Positions 39,487 through 52,206 of a stretch of 64,000 nt of DNA are shown one piece after another. The notes beneath the pieces are model-generated. The model was not told the origin of the DNA and ran no database searches. It was given only the letters and a program-made list of their open reading frames with translations. Numbering within the stretch: position 1 is the first letter of the stretch; each line of letters starts with the position of its first letter. The DNA comes from a virus (taxonomy: Duplodnaviria > Caudoviricetes): positions 1 through 64,000 of the IMG/VR virus record IMGVR_UViG_3300022654_000026; one strand, given 5' to 3'. The translations under genes were made by a program, and so were the position numbers.

Positions 39487-40092
39487 ATGGCATATATAAC
39501 TTATGGAAACGTTACTCCATCATCTTTTACATTGTATGTTGCCGGACTTGATACCAACTATTCAAAGCCTGGACGTACAATTTACTGGGCGGTTAATAAT
39601 GTGGCACGCGGAAGCGAGTCTCTTGGCGCGTATGCTAGTATCAGCAACGGATTCACGGTATCTGGATTGCAAAGCTACACTCAACACTCTGTATATGCCG
39701 AAATAGTTTATGATGGAGGCGTAGCAAGGCCGGATACAATTTATATTACAACACGTCCCTCATATTTTTCATGGACTAATGGTGCGCTGAATTGGAATAC
39801 AGGGCTTATAGAAAAGGTTAGCAACGGATCTTTTAATTTAACGGCTCAAGAATGGAATAATTTGTGTTCAAACATCAATGACGTTCGTGCTTATATGGGA
39901 TACTGGATATATAATTTTACTTCAGCATATCCTGGCCTTACTTTTACATACAGTATGTATAATGAAGCGGTTTATGCTATACAAGGAATTAGTGGATATG
40001 GATATTATTTATCGACAGTGCAATCTGGTTATCCCATATATGCGTATCAAATGAACGTTTTGATGACAGAATTAAATTCGATACATAAGTAA
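39487..40092 (+). CDS. FN3-like-domain tail tip accessory protein
   Basis: FTVSGLQSYTQHSV FN3-like strand; FSW and LTAQEWN motifs. Confidence 0.45.
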   Translation: MAYITYGNVTPSSFTLYVAGLDTNYSKPGRTIYWAVNNVARGSESLGAYASISNGFTVSGLQSYTQHSVYAEIVYDGGVARPDTIYITTRPSYFSWTNGALNWNTGLIEKVSNGSFNLTAQEWNNLCSNINDVRAYMGYWIYNFTSAYPGLTFTYSMYNEAVYAIQGISGYGYYLSTVQSGYPIYAYQMNVLMTELNSIHK

Positions 40093-40118
40093 ACCTATTG
40101 ACAAAAAGGAGAAATATT

Positions 40119-40514
40119 ATGAAGAATTATCAAATTTTTAACGCATATCCAACGCTAATGAAGCTGGCGGATATGAATTACAATGATTATGATGTGAATT
40201 TAGATATAGCGCTCATGCTCAATGACGTGACTACAAGATACAATATCATATCATCTATGATAAAGAGAGTCACAGAAGAGTATTGTGCTGCAGACGAAAA
40301 CGGGTATGTGAGAATGAATGGCGGCAGTCCGATGATGAAGCCGGGCAAGTCGCTTGAAGAGTATGATGCTGAAATGCAAAAGATTAGTGACGGCGATGCG
40401 AATTATGATCCTGAAAAGATCATTGTGAACCGAGGTTCGTTTAAGGGCACGTTGCCTAGTCCGAAAGAGATCCTGCAGGTGCAGGACTTTATTTCTTTTG
40501 TTAAAGAGGGATAA
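40119..40514 (+). CDS. Hypothetical protein (possible spike chaperone)
   Basis: SD AAGGAG before ATG 40119. Confidence 0.5.
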   Translation: MKNYQIFNAYPTLMKLADMNYNDYDVNLDIALMLNDVTTRYNIISSMIKRVTEEYCAADENGYVRMNGGSPMMKPGKSLEEYDAEMQKISDGDANYDPEKIIVNRGSFKGTLPSPKEILQVQDFISFVKEG

Positions 40515-40517
40515 TAC

Positions 40518-40994
40518 ATGAAAGTAATGGCATGGGACCAAAGCACGAAGATTAGTGCCTGGTCTTTTTTTATTGATGGAGAATATTCGGAGAGTGGCGT
40601 CATTGATTTACACAAAATGTCTGATACTGAATTGCGTGTCAAAGAAATGGGATTGGAGATATGTAAGAAGATTGGCGAATATAAGCCGGAGATTCTGTTT
40701 ATAGAGGATATTCAGCAACAGCAGGGCAACGTGATGACACTGAAGCTCTTGGCGCGTATTCAGGGTATTGCCATTGGATATGCTACTGCACATAATATTC
40801 CAATTCATATATTGCCGCCGTCTCGTTGGCGGTCGGCGCTGGCGTTTAAGCAAGGAGCCGGTGTTAAGCGGCCTGAGTTGAAGGCGCAGGCAATTAATTA
40901 CGTGGAGAAGAATTTTGGACTAACTGGTCTGACAGATGATGAGAGTGAGGCCGTATGTATCAATTCTGCGGCTCACAAAATTTATAGGTTATAA
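40518..40994 (+). CDS. ruvC: RuvC-like Holliday junction resolvase
   Basis: Catalytic pattern AWDQST...FIEDI...PSRWR...K...DDESEA. Confidence 0.8.
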   Translation: MKVMAWDQSTKISAWSFFIDGEYSESGVIDLHKMSDTELRVKEMGLEICKKIGEYKPEILFIEDIQQQQGNVMTLKLLARIQGIAIGYATAHNIPIHILPPSRWRSALAFKQGAGVKRPELKAQAINYVEKNFGLTGLTDDESEAVCINSAAHKIYRL

Positions 40995-41006
40995 TACAGA
41001 ATGATT
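40993..41006 (+). promoter_or_regulatory. Motif variant AATACAGAATGATT upstream of the chaperone/TMP block
   Basis: 13/14 match at a gene boundary. Confidence 0.45.
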
Positions 41007-41023
41007 AAAAGGAGATTATTATT

Positions 41024-41596
41024 ATGAAGATTAAAGAATTTGTTGATGGATTTCTCGCAAAGAAAAATATGAATCCTAACGCTGTTGTGGATTATATAAG
41101 AAAAGAATTGGAAATCAAGGATTATGTACCATTCGTGGAAAAGCGAGACCTGTGCGAAAATGTGCTTAATATTTGCAATGAAAAAGATGATAATGGGCTC
41201 GTAAAAGTAGATAGCGTAAGTCGTTATATAGTTTTCACGATCTCTGTTATTTCTAAATATACTAACTTGGAATTTTCTTCTGGCAAAGATGATGAGTTTG
41301 ATTCTCTTGATGAGTATGACATGCTTTGTAAGGCTGGTTTACTGGATCTTGTTCTTGAGGCAATCGGCGCAGAGTATGCTGTATGCAACAATGTTCTCAA
41401 CATGATGATGGCTGATATTGTGGCAAACAATAATACGGTAGAAAACGTTATTGGCCACGCTTTAGGCAAGATTGGTAACTCTGTTGATGGCTTAATTGAT
41501 GTATTGTCAGAAAAAGTAGAGGATATGAATCTCGACCTTAGTCAGATTGATATAGATAAATATAAGGGGCTTATAGATATGTTTGCCCGGAAGTAA
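41024..41596 (+). CDS. Hypothetical protein, possible tail assembly chaperone
   Basis: YVPFVEK and YTNLEF motifs; two genes upstream of the tape measure gene. Confidence 0.45.
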   Translation: MKIKEFVDGFLAKKNMNPNAVVDYIRKELEIKDYVPFVEKRDLCENVLNICNEKDDNGLVKVDSVSRYIVFTISVISKYTNLEFSSGKDDEFDSLDEYDMLCKAGLLDLVLEAIGAEYAVCNNVLNMMMADIVANNNTVENVIGHALGKIGNSVDGLIDVLSEKVEDMNLDLSQIDIDKYKGLIDMFARK

Positions 41597-41622
41597 TTCT
41601 TAAATTTTGGAGGAGTTGTACT

Positions 41623-42207
41623 ATGAAAGATTTCACCGATGGTTTAATGACTCTTATTAGTCAAAACGAAGCAAAACGTCTTGACAATGTTATGTATGAT
41701 GTTGCACAAAAAATACAAGGTGATTTAGTGGCAGTGACTTATAATGTCATCGATGCTTTTTATGAGGATTATACCCGCGATCAGGGTAGGACATATATTA
41801 GAACGGACGAATATAAACATCCTCGTGGTAAAAACGGTAAATTTAGATATAAAAATAGAAGTGAATGGAAGAGAAGCAATGATGTAAGTTTAAGATCCGC
41901 AATTAAATCAATGGAGAGCGGAGTGCCAGCAATAGGAGTATGCAGACCAATTGATAGCAGATTTGGATATCAGGCTGGTGTTATCTTTGATGAAGAACAG
42001 TTGAGCAAGAAAATGCGCCATAGCGTAAAAGGTAATAATTTTACTGAATGGGATATAGTTGAAGACTTCTTGTGGGGTGTACATGGTAATGAAGCGGTGT
42101 ACACTACAACTCCTTCTGCTGGATATGTTTTGTATAATTACGTTAATTCGTATAAAACAAGATTTGATAAGCATTATAAAGATGCAATTAAAAAATTTTC
42201 AAAATGA
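41623..42207 (+). CDS. Hypothetical protein (possible tail/neck component)
   Basis: SD GGAGGAG; FYEDY...YIRT and WGVHG motifs; precedes the tape measure gene. Confidence 0.45.
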   Translation: MKDFTDGLMTLISQNEAKRLDNVMYDVAQKIQGDLVAVTYNVIDAFYEDYTRDQGRTYIRTDEYKHPRGKNGKFRYKNRSEWKRSNDVSLRSAIKSMESGVPAIGVCRPIDSRFGYQAGVIFDEEQLSKKMRHSVKGNNFTEWDIVEDFLWGVHGNEAVYTTTPSAGYVLYNYVNSYKTRFDKHYKDAIKKFSK

Positions 42208-42224
42208 AAGGATGGTGAATAATT

Positions 42225-45200
42225 ATGGCAGGAATTAGAGTAGATTATATTATTAATTTGTTGGCCGATGATAGCCAACTTAAAAAGCAGCTTAAAAATA
42301 CTAGCGGAGAAATATCTAAGCTGACTGCGCGTGAAAAGAAGGAAATTAAAGAAGTTGTTCAGGCAAGAATGGACGGTTTGAACGCTCAGGCGAAAGCGGC
42401 AAAGAAAAATCCTGGTAACTCTGCAATAGTTAGTGGGCTTGAGGAAGAACTCAAGTTTATGCGCGAAGTCTTTAACGAGATGAAAACATTGAACCCAGCA
42501 GAAGACTGGGCTAAGAGCGGAAAGGTGTTTGCACAAACATTCTCTAATATGAACAAGCAGCTTTCCGATCTGGCCAAGATTATTGAACCACTGAAAGGTT
42601 CGATAGCGGAGCTAGGTGCTTCTTTTGGAGATCTTGGGTTTGATATTGCGCCGAAGATAGACGTGTCTACTGCCACAAAGCAAGCAACTAAGGCAATCGA
42701 TGGCATGGGTGATGTTATTGTAACTCGTGTGCATAATGTGTCTGCAAAGATTCAAAAAGAATATAAAGACACACAAAAATTTTTGACGTTATTAAATAAA
42801 ACGCAGAACCAAAAATATGATTTTAAGTCGGCTGTAGAAGTTTCTAAGAGGCTAAATGCATTAAATGCTGAATACAAATCTGGTAAATCTGAATTATATG
42901 GTGCCACAAGGGAGAGCGCCGCATTAGCTGCGCAAGAAATCTTGGATATTATGAAGTGGGTTAAGCAGGCTGAAAAAGATCCCAAATCCGGCATCGCTCT
43001 TGTTAATACCACAATTACAGAGCAAAATTTACAAGAATTTAAGAATTTTATTGACGCACAAGTTGATTATGCTAAGGATGCAAAACAGAGATACGAAGAC
43101 GAAGTTCAAAAGGCATTTGAATTAGACCTGGCTGATAAGCTAACGAAGAATCTCAAAGGGCTTAATTTGTCTATCGACCTACCTAAACAAGCTGACTTTG
43201 TAAAGAAGATTAATACTTTTGTAGATAAAATAAACGAAAAGAAATTACATACAATTAAAGTCAATATTGATGACTCATTTAGTCTAAATAAAAAGAAGAA
43301 AAAGAAAACCGTAGACTCTGAGCAAGAAACCGAGGATGTAATTTCTCAGTCTGGTCTTTCAAAGTTTGAATCTGCAATTGACAAAATGCAAGATAGAACT
43401 AAAGAAAAGACAAAGAAATGGCGCGAAGAAATGCTGAAGATGCTTAAATTCAAGAGTGGCGACTTTGAATTTAACTTCGGTAACTCATTAATGGATAGTC
43501 TACAACAATATTTCTATGAGTCTGGACACGAGCTCGACATCATTATTAATGAAGAAGAGTTAAAGAGAAGAATAGAAAACGTTGTTAAGGATTCAGGCGC
43601 TGTGCTTGGCTCATCAGGTGGTACTGCAACGTTTGATCCAAAGATGATGGCTTCTGCATTTTATTCTGCCATCCAGGCCGCTTTGTCAGGCAAGGCGATG
43701 CCAACATTTGATTTTGGTGATACAACCACTACCTCAGAGGAAGTAAGTGAAGCAACCGATTCGGCCAATGAGAGCAGCATAAAGTATGTTAAAACATTAG
43801 ATGAGACCACAATACATATTGATAAAGTCGTTGAATCATTAAAGAAATTTGCTAAACTCTCACAAAACAGCAAAGCAGGCAGATCCGTTGATCAATGGTT
43901 AACTGACAGCGGTATTGATACGTCTCTTATTAGAGCTGGGGCAGTGAATGACTCTGAAATTCGAGCTATGCTTCAAGACGCGTGGATGCGTGAAGATGAC
44001 ATGGGTCATGCAACCGGATCTACAATTGTTGCTCAAATTGCAAACTTTTTCTCTAAATATAAGTCATTGAAGCCAGATACGGGTGCAGGTAAGGCTCTGA
44101 ATGTCCTTAAAGGTGATATTGGCGAGCTCTTCAGAATGTTAGAAATCCCCATGGAAACATTAGAAGAGTGGCAACAGAGAACTGGCAACATGCAGATATA
44201 TGAAAGTGCCGCTAAGTCTGGACGTGGACTTGCTCTGTTAAATAAGTTCCGTCCTAAGTTAAAATCTTCAGCCAAAGCCATGAAAGACGGTGCAACAGCA
44301 GAAGATTTTGGCAAAATTAAAATTGAAGATATTAAAAAAACCATAGATTATTTTGCAAAAAATGGTTGGGATACAAAATCATTAGAAGAGTTAAGAGACG
44401 CTCGCAAGGCACTGGGCGATAGTACGAATTCGGAAGAAGTTAAAGCATTTCAAGATGCTGCAATTAGATTCTACGAAAGTTCTAAGGAAGTGTTCAATCG
44501 TCTTCAAAAACAATATGCTGATTTTAAGGGCGATATTTTTATTCAGGGACGAAACAAACCTGTTGCAATTAATAGTCCCAAAGACTTTTTGAAAATACCG
44601 GAAGACGCAATTATTGTTGATCCACGTTCTTATCAAGATATCGGCACATACAATTTGGCTGACGAAAGAGGAGAACATAAAGCTGAAGGTAGAACGTTAA
44701 GAGAACAGGGCAGACAAGATCATCAATATAGAAAAGAATATGAGCAGGATATTCTTAATAAAGAGATTAAGGTAACAAGCTTTAAGCCATTAGAAGGCGA
44801 TAGAATTACTCCTGGTTGGTCTGAAGATACTTATAAGAGAGAGATTACCTCACTACAGAGCGAGATTGAAAGTATACGTAAACGAATTGAATCAGAGAGA
44901 AAGTCTGTTAATGCTTTATTAGAGCAAAAAAATCAATTAGAAAATAGTATTAGTGGAATTGCTGGAAGTACTGATATTCAGTCAGTAAAATATGATGAAT
45001 TTCAAAGATCGAAAAATAGAAGAAATTTAATAGACCAAATTACTAGAACTTCGCGTTCCTCATTAAAGTCTGGCGGGGAGTTTAATTTCAGTAACGATGG
45101 TTTAAGCCAAGAGCAATCGGAATTATCTTATAGATTACAGACATTATTAAAAAATATACAATCCGATACCAAGGTTGCGCAAGAATTAACAGACAATATT

Positions 45201-48200
45201 GCTGCTATTGAAAACGCTCAAGCATTAAATAAAGAGGAATTAGAAGCATTAAGAAAAAATGCGGTTGAAAGTGGAAATATCACAGAGGCGAATCTTTATA
45301 AGGATGTGTTGTTTAATAAGTCGGACGTAGATAAACGCCTGTCTGTATATAAAACGCAAAAGAGTGAAGTAGATAAACGGCTTACTGAAAATAGAGGATA
45401 TGCATCTAAATTAATTAGCGATTTAGAAGAACAAAATAAAGTAAATATTAATAAAGCAACAGAAGAGGCACAACAGATTGCGTCTCAGCTTATTGAGATC
45501 AAAAATCGTTTATATGCCGAAGCTGAAGAATATGTTGCAATATTAAATAATTCTTCTTTAAGTGAAAGCGCAAAACAAGACACCGTAGGAAAGCTACAAA
45601 ATACACTGTCTAAATTAAAGAACGTTACCGGCCAATTTGCAAAGCTTGATGGATATGCTGATGTTGCATTTTATGATGCGAAGCAGTCAAGCAATATAGA
45701 AAAGTGGAATAAGAATTATACTAGCTCTGAAGTACAGCGCCTTGAAAGACAGTTATCTGATCTTGAATCACAACTTAACAAAGAAACCGATTCTGCAAAA
45801 AAGGAAGAACTAAAAAAACAAATTACAAATACTAAGAGGCAGCTTACTAGACGAAAAAATACAGTTCCTGCAAATGTTTCTGGCGACAGAAGATCTTTAT
45901 TAGCACAAGTAGAATTACAATTAAAAGAACAACAGAGCGCATTGGAAACAGACCAAAACTTATTAAGAACTTTTGAGCAGGAATTAAATGTATTTAATCG
46001 TGGTCAGGCAGACGCAAGTTTCTTAGAACAGTACAGTACATTGTTTGAGAAGGAACGCAATTTATTACAAGAAATTAATGCGTTAAGACAAAAGGGTGCC
46101 GACCAAAAAGATATTGACGCGAAGTTATCTGAGTATGAAAAAGTGCAAAATGACATAAAAGAACTATATCAAACAAATCAAGACCTAGACAAAAAAGATT
46201 ATGCACTTAAACACGCAAAACAATATCAACTTCAACTCATTGAGGCATACGAACAAAGAAGAGCTATAACAGATGGAGTTGCAGATATTGATAAGTGGGA
46301 ACAACAAGTCAATAAATATGGACTTAAGGCTGGTTATGGTGATAGAGCATATAGTCAATATAAATTACAACTTGTAGAAGAATTTAGATCAAAGACGCGC
46401 GCACAACTTAAAGAACAGCTTGGTCTTAATGATGCACAGTTCCAGGTTGAACCGACTCAAATGTCTGAAGAGGTTTACAACCTTAGAAAGCAACTCTATG
46501 AAACCCTTGAAGCACAAACAAAGGCCATTGTCGATAAATTTAGAGAATCTCTCCATATTAACGATAAAGGTATGCTTGAAGGTACAGAATTTAAGTGGGA
46601 CGAAGGTTCAGACAGTGCTGTTGAAAGTACACAAATTATTCGTGACGTTAAAAAGCATATTTTAGATGAACTAAAAAGTCGCAAAGAAATTTTAACTGGT
46701 GAAGACGGTGTTCGTCTTAAAGATCTTGAAACGTTGATTCAAACCATAAAAACCGAACGAGATAAGGCGTTATCTTACGGTGGTTTACAATATGATGATA
46801 TTAAGAATGATGATCTTATTAAAGAGCAAATTCTTTATCAGCAACAGATCGATCAGTTGACGCGACAGAAGGCAGAAATTGAAGCAGACGAGTCTATTGA
46901 TGTTAAAGAAAAAGAAAAGAAACTTGCATTATTAAATCAAGAGATACAAGATTATCAAAGATTGATTCTTAACAGAGAAAAATTAGCAGAATTAAGAATC
47001 AAAGAGAAAGAAGATTCTAAATGGTCCGCAGAAGAAAGACAGATTTATTACACAGACAAGCTTATTAAATCAAAAGAAAGTCTTAAGAAAATCAACGGTG
47101 AAATTGCTACGCTTGAAAAAGCAATGAACGAGGCAATTGCACAACACGGCAAAGACTCTACAGAGGCTGCTGCCGCACAATATGCCTATGATAAGAAACT
47201 GGAGGCTCGTCAGAGAATTCTTGACACAATGGCGAATGCCAACAAAAAGCTTGGTTATGCAACTCAGGAACTAGAGAGTAGTCAAGCTACATCTGGTAAC
47301 ACAACAAAACCAGGCGGTATTTTTGGAGAACTTATTTCCGCCATTAAAGAAGGTATTTCTGGAGTATCTGTCGGTTCAATTGATGTTGACAGTTCTGATA
47401 TAGCCACAGAAACTACACTTCGAGCAATCTTTGAGATGCTGAGTGGTGGTGGTGAGGCTAGTGCTGCTTTAGACGCAGAGAAGGCACGAGGAAGAGAAGA
47501 GAGAGAAGCAAGAAGAAGAGAAGAACAAGCAAGAGTTATTGCCGAAGAAAAGCAAAGAAAAGCGGAACAAGAGGCAGAAAGAAGTTCTGGTGGTCAGTCT
47601 AAGTCTGCAAAGCAAAAAGATCGATTAAACGCTGAGGGACAGACCCAATTCAATGCTATTAAAAATGCGGCGTCTGATTTACAAAAAGAATTAAAAGACC
47701 TCGATAAACAGTCTGTTTTAGGTAAAATGGCTGACCAGGTTAAGAAGCTCAATGGCATGAATAAAGGTACTGTTGAGTATTTGCAAGAGCAATATAAGCT
47801 TGCCAATATGGTTTTTGCTTATACTGGTAAGTTAAAAGACGAAGGTGTAACAAGTGATACTCGCAAAGATGGTACCAAATACTTAAAATATAATGCGGTA
47901 TTAGAGCGTTCCGAAGTAAAGAAGTTGGGCGATGTCAAATCTTTAATGGTCGCTTCAGTTAAGGATCTTGCAGATAATTTAATTAAGCTTGGATACGGTG
48001 CTAAATTAGGCCGTAATCAAAAAGATGTAGATATCAATCAACTTAGTAACGACGAACTGATTAAGAAATTTAGACATTTGCATCAGGCTTTAAGCGACGA
48101 GAAGATTACTTCTGATGAAAGTGTGGAGCTTGATAAAGTCTTAAAATTACTGACCGACAGAGGCGTGTATAAGGGTTCTAAACAGGAGACTGTGGAGAGC

Positions 48201-51200
48201 GAACAACAACTTGAGAACGAAAAGAAAAAGACAACCGAAACAGAAAAGCAGCTCAAGATGTTTAGTGCTTGGGCCAAATATAAAGGTGACGACGATGCTA
48301 AATGGGATATGGTTACTGGTGAATCTACTAGTAAAACAGCCTTTATGAAAAAACTTAGAGATAATGGCTATTCCGTGTCATTTGCGGCCACAGAAGAAGA
48401 TTGGGACGCTGAAGCTGAAAAGCATGGTCAGAAAATTTTGCATCAAAGAAGAGCACGAGAGATTGGTGCAGACATTAGGGAAAAAGTTAGAAACGAAGCT
48501 AAGGTTGAGCCTGCGACTGCATCTGATGCAGTGTCCAAAGAACAAATAGCCGAAGCTTATAAAAAAGCAACTACACACATTAATGATCTTTTGAAGAGAA
48601 TTGGTGAGTTAGAGCTAAAACACGACGAATCTGCTCAAATAGAAAAACATGAATTGGAAAAAGAACTCAGTGAAGTCAAAGATATGAAAACAAATCTGGC
48701 AGGTATGCTTGGTATAGAAAATGACGGATTTGATGAAGAAACACCTGAACAAGAAAACCGGCCAATCGTTGATGCTATTAATAATGTTGGGGAAAGGGTT
48801 GTAGCTGACCAAACAGAAAATACTACTCCTCAAATTGATAATAATCAACCTACGGATAAATCAGCAACATCGCAAGGCGGCATCATTGGCATTATGCGCA
48901 CAGAGTTGGCACAGGAGAGTACTCTTAGTAAGGTGTTGTCTGCGCTTGGCGAAATTGCAAAGAAAAATGCTATGGCTGGCGCTGGCAAGGCAAACTCTGC
49001 ACAAGACTTACTGGAACAATTCAGAAGAATGCTTGAGAGTGATACTTGGGAAGGCAAAGAACGAGTTGCTTATGTTGATTTGGCAACTGGAACTATGTCC
49101 AACTCTATCACTGGTGATGATAAACAGATTTCTGCGGAAAGATTAAATATTCTTCGTTCTGCGTATAAAGATGTTATGGACTTGAATGCGCAGGTTCATA
49201 CTCATGCCAACGAAGACGATCCATATTTTTCAAAAGATGATTTAAGCTTATTTGCTTCCGACTTCGCGGACGGAATCACAAAACAGATATTGCTTTCCAA
49301 GAACAATATGACTGTTTTGGATATGGATGGCGTGCAAGATGTTAATGGTCTGTTGGATGCGTTGGCTAAAACAGAGCAGAATTTTGAAGCATTATCAACA
49401 ACGGCTGATAAGTTTGGTGCTAAATATGTTAGCAGAGCATTTAATGAGATTACTCCTCAAGGTCTCGTTAAGATGCTAGGCATTAAGGGCATTGAATCTA
49501 AATATACAGAAACAGAAACTCGTGATAGTGCGGTTCAAGGCATGCTTAAAGAGGATGCGAAGGTTGCTGCAGATATGCTTCAGGAGTCCACCGGTCGTGC
49601 AATTAAAAAGACGGTAGAGCGTGTCGGCGCAGAATTAATGACTACTACTGAAAAGACTGATGCGAAGGGTAATAAGACTTGGTCAAATCAGATTAGCGAT
49701 AAATACACTAAGGCCGCAATAGCGACTAATAGAGCATTTAATAATCTTGGTCTTGACAAAGAATTCGGTATTGGAACGGATGCTCAGTTGGCGCTTGTTG
49801 ATTACACAAATAAGTATGCCGAGTTTTTGCGCCTAACGGAAGAATTTAAGAAGAATCCTAAACAAGAAGGTTTACAGGCCCAGTTTGATAAGTTGTTACC
49901 TGAATTAGATGCCGCAGAAGAAAAACTGAATAAACTTATCATTAGCAAAGATAAATTCTTAAATGGTAAAGAGGCTATTAAGATTTTTGAAGGTGCAGAT
50001 CTTGCTAATGCTGGAGATAGTCTCAAGAGTTTGGCAACCGCAAGATACACTAAGAATGGTCTGAATCCAGGTGATAATATTGCCTTTAATGGTATATCAG
50101 AGACGCCTAATGGCACAAGACTGCTTGTTGATATACTTAAGAATGGTACGATTCAGCAATATGCGCTTGAGGTTGATAGAGCAACAGGACAAGTCAAGGA
50201 GTTTATGACCGCTGAGACGGCGCTTGCCAATGCGTTCCAGAATGTAAATAAGGCAATGCGTTATAACGAAACCGTTATGGCGAATGTTGCGATTGGCGAC
50301 AATCCTGCTGAGCAAGCAATGTTTATGGACAATGCTCGTTCTTTTGGTCTAGATGCTTATAAAGAAGCTATGGCTAATATGGAGAAGTATGTTGCAGATA
50401 TATGGAACCGTATGGCTAATGGTGGAGCGAGCGCCTCCAAGGAAGAACTCGATTACATAATGGCATTGTCCGAAAGAGTTATAGCTCTTGGTAAGAATGT
50501 TCAGAAGACATCCATAGATTTTAAGAATTTCCGGGCACAAAATCCAGATAATGTATTTGGCTTCAACATTGGATATCAACGTCATAGTCGAGAAGATGAT
50601 GTTCGTGCAGCGATGGAAGGATATGCAAGAAGTCATGCTAGCGCGAATGATTCCGAATACTCCTTTACTAGCTTTGATAATGATAAGTTGCAATATACTT
50701 TGACTGATGCGGAAGGCAAGATTAGCAAGGTTACCTTGGAATGGAACGAGTTGTATCAGCAGATTGCAATGACATCCAATAAGTCTACGGATGCTCTCGA
50801 TCCTATGGTTGCTAAAATTGAGAGATATGATGAAGCGCTTCAGCAGGCTGTGCAAGACGGTTATTTGATGGCCGGTGATAAGAATTTTGACGCCTTCTAT
50901 GAAGCCAAAGATGGTATTCGATTCTTGGTTGATGGTATTAAGAATGGGCACGAAACATTTGATACTGCAAAAGAAAAGCTGTATGAGTTGCGTCAAGAGG
51001 CGTTAAGGTATGGTGAACTTGCCAAGAAGACCATCAACAAAAATAAAGGTTGGATGGTTGGAACCGGAACTAAAAAGCAAGTTGAAAATCAGTATAACAA
51101 GATTTTCGGCACAGCACAAGCCGGTGGACTTGGATTTGATTTGACGGCAACCGATAATCCTGAAATTTTAACAGGATATATCGCTGCTTATCAACAGCTA

Positions 51201-52091
51201 AATGCGGATTATGAAAGATATGTAAAAAACAATCAAATTAATAATCCTGAAATTCAACAGCAAATTCAGCAACAGGCTGCACAGGTACAGACGCTTGGTA
51301 AGAGATTTTTGTCTTCTGTTACACAGGCAGAAAAACTTAAGGACTTAGTTGAACAATCTGGGTCATATAAAGATAGAAAAACCGGAGAAGAAAGAAATCT
51401 TGGCGATACTACTGGTGTAACGGCACAAGAAGTTGGAAATCTGCAGGCCAAGATGCGTGATTTTGTTGAAAACACTTTACATCAGGCCAATATTGAGGGT
51501 GTTAAGTTTGATGCTGTAAACCAGAGGATGACTTATACGTTCCGCACAAGCAAGCACGCTGTTGCGGATATGGTCGTTCAATATAATGATGCAACTCATG
51601 CTTTGTATGCGTATCAGAAGCAAGAGCGCGAATCTTTGACTGGACTTGCTGGCTTTATGCAGAGTATGAAGGCAAAGATGAAATCTATTCTACAATATAC
51701 TACAAGCATTACGTCCATTTATAGAATTTGGGGAGAATTAAGACGTGGTGTTCAGTATATTAGAGAGATAGACTCTGCATTGACAGAATTACGCAAGGTA
51801 ACCGATGAGACAGAGGAGTCTTATGATAGATTCTTAGATACTGCAAGCAAGACTGCTAGTAAGGTTGGTAGTACGATAAAAGAAATTGTATCCTCAACAG
51901 CAGACTGGTCGAGACTCGGATATTCAATGGAAGAGGCACACCAGTTAGCCGAGAGTACTTCCGTATTGCTTAACGTATCAGAATTTCAGAGTATTGAAGA
52001 AGCAACGAGCGCATTGACCAGTACATTACAGGCATTTGGTTATACTGCTAGCCAAAGTATGAATGTGGTCGATGTGCTAAACGAAGTGGGT
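42225..52091 (+). CDS. Tape measure protein, exon 1 (3289 codons)
   Basis: Very long helical/coiled-coil protein ending in the TMP core (EIDSALTELRKVTDE, WSRLGYS, VDVLNEVG). Confidence 0.85.
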
Positions 52092-52172
52092 AAATTAGTT
52101 GCCCGTAGATAACTATATCGGTTAAAGGCTGGAGACAGTCAAGACCGAGGAAAGACTTGATATTCATAATAC

Positions 52173-52186
52173 ACAACAAAATGATT
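52173..52186 (+). promoter_or_regulatory. Motif variant ACAACAAAATGATT upstream of the intron endonuclease gene
   Basis: Identical 11-nt core ACAAAATGATT immediately before the endonuclease SD. Confidence 0.45.
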
Positions 52187-52206
52187 GAACAAAGGAGGTG
52201 GATATT

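Noticed and set aside
12371-40514. Diversity-generating retroelement acting on fibre tips
   Set aside because: No reverse transcriptase in the window and no near-identical repeat pair differing only at adenines was seen; a distant TR elsewhere in the genome cannot be excluded
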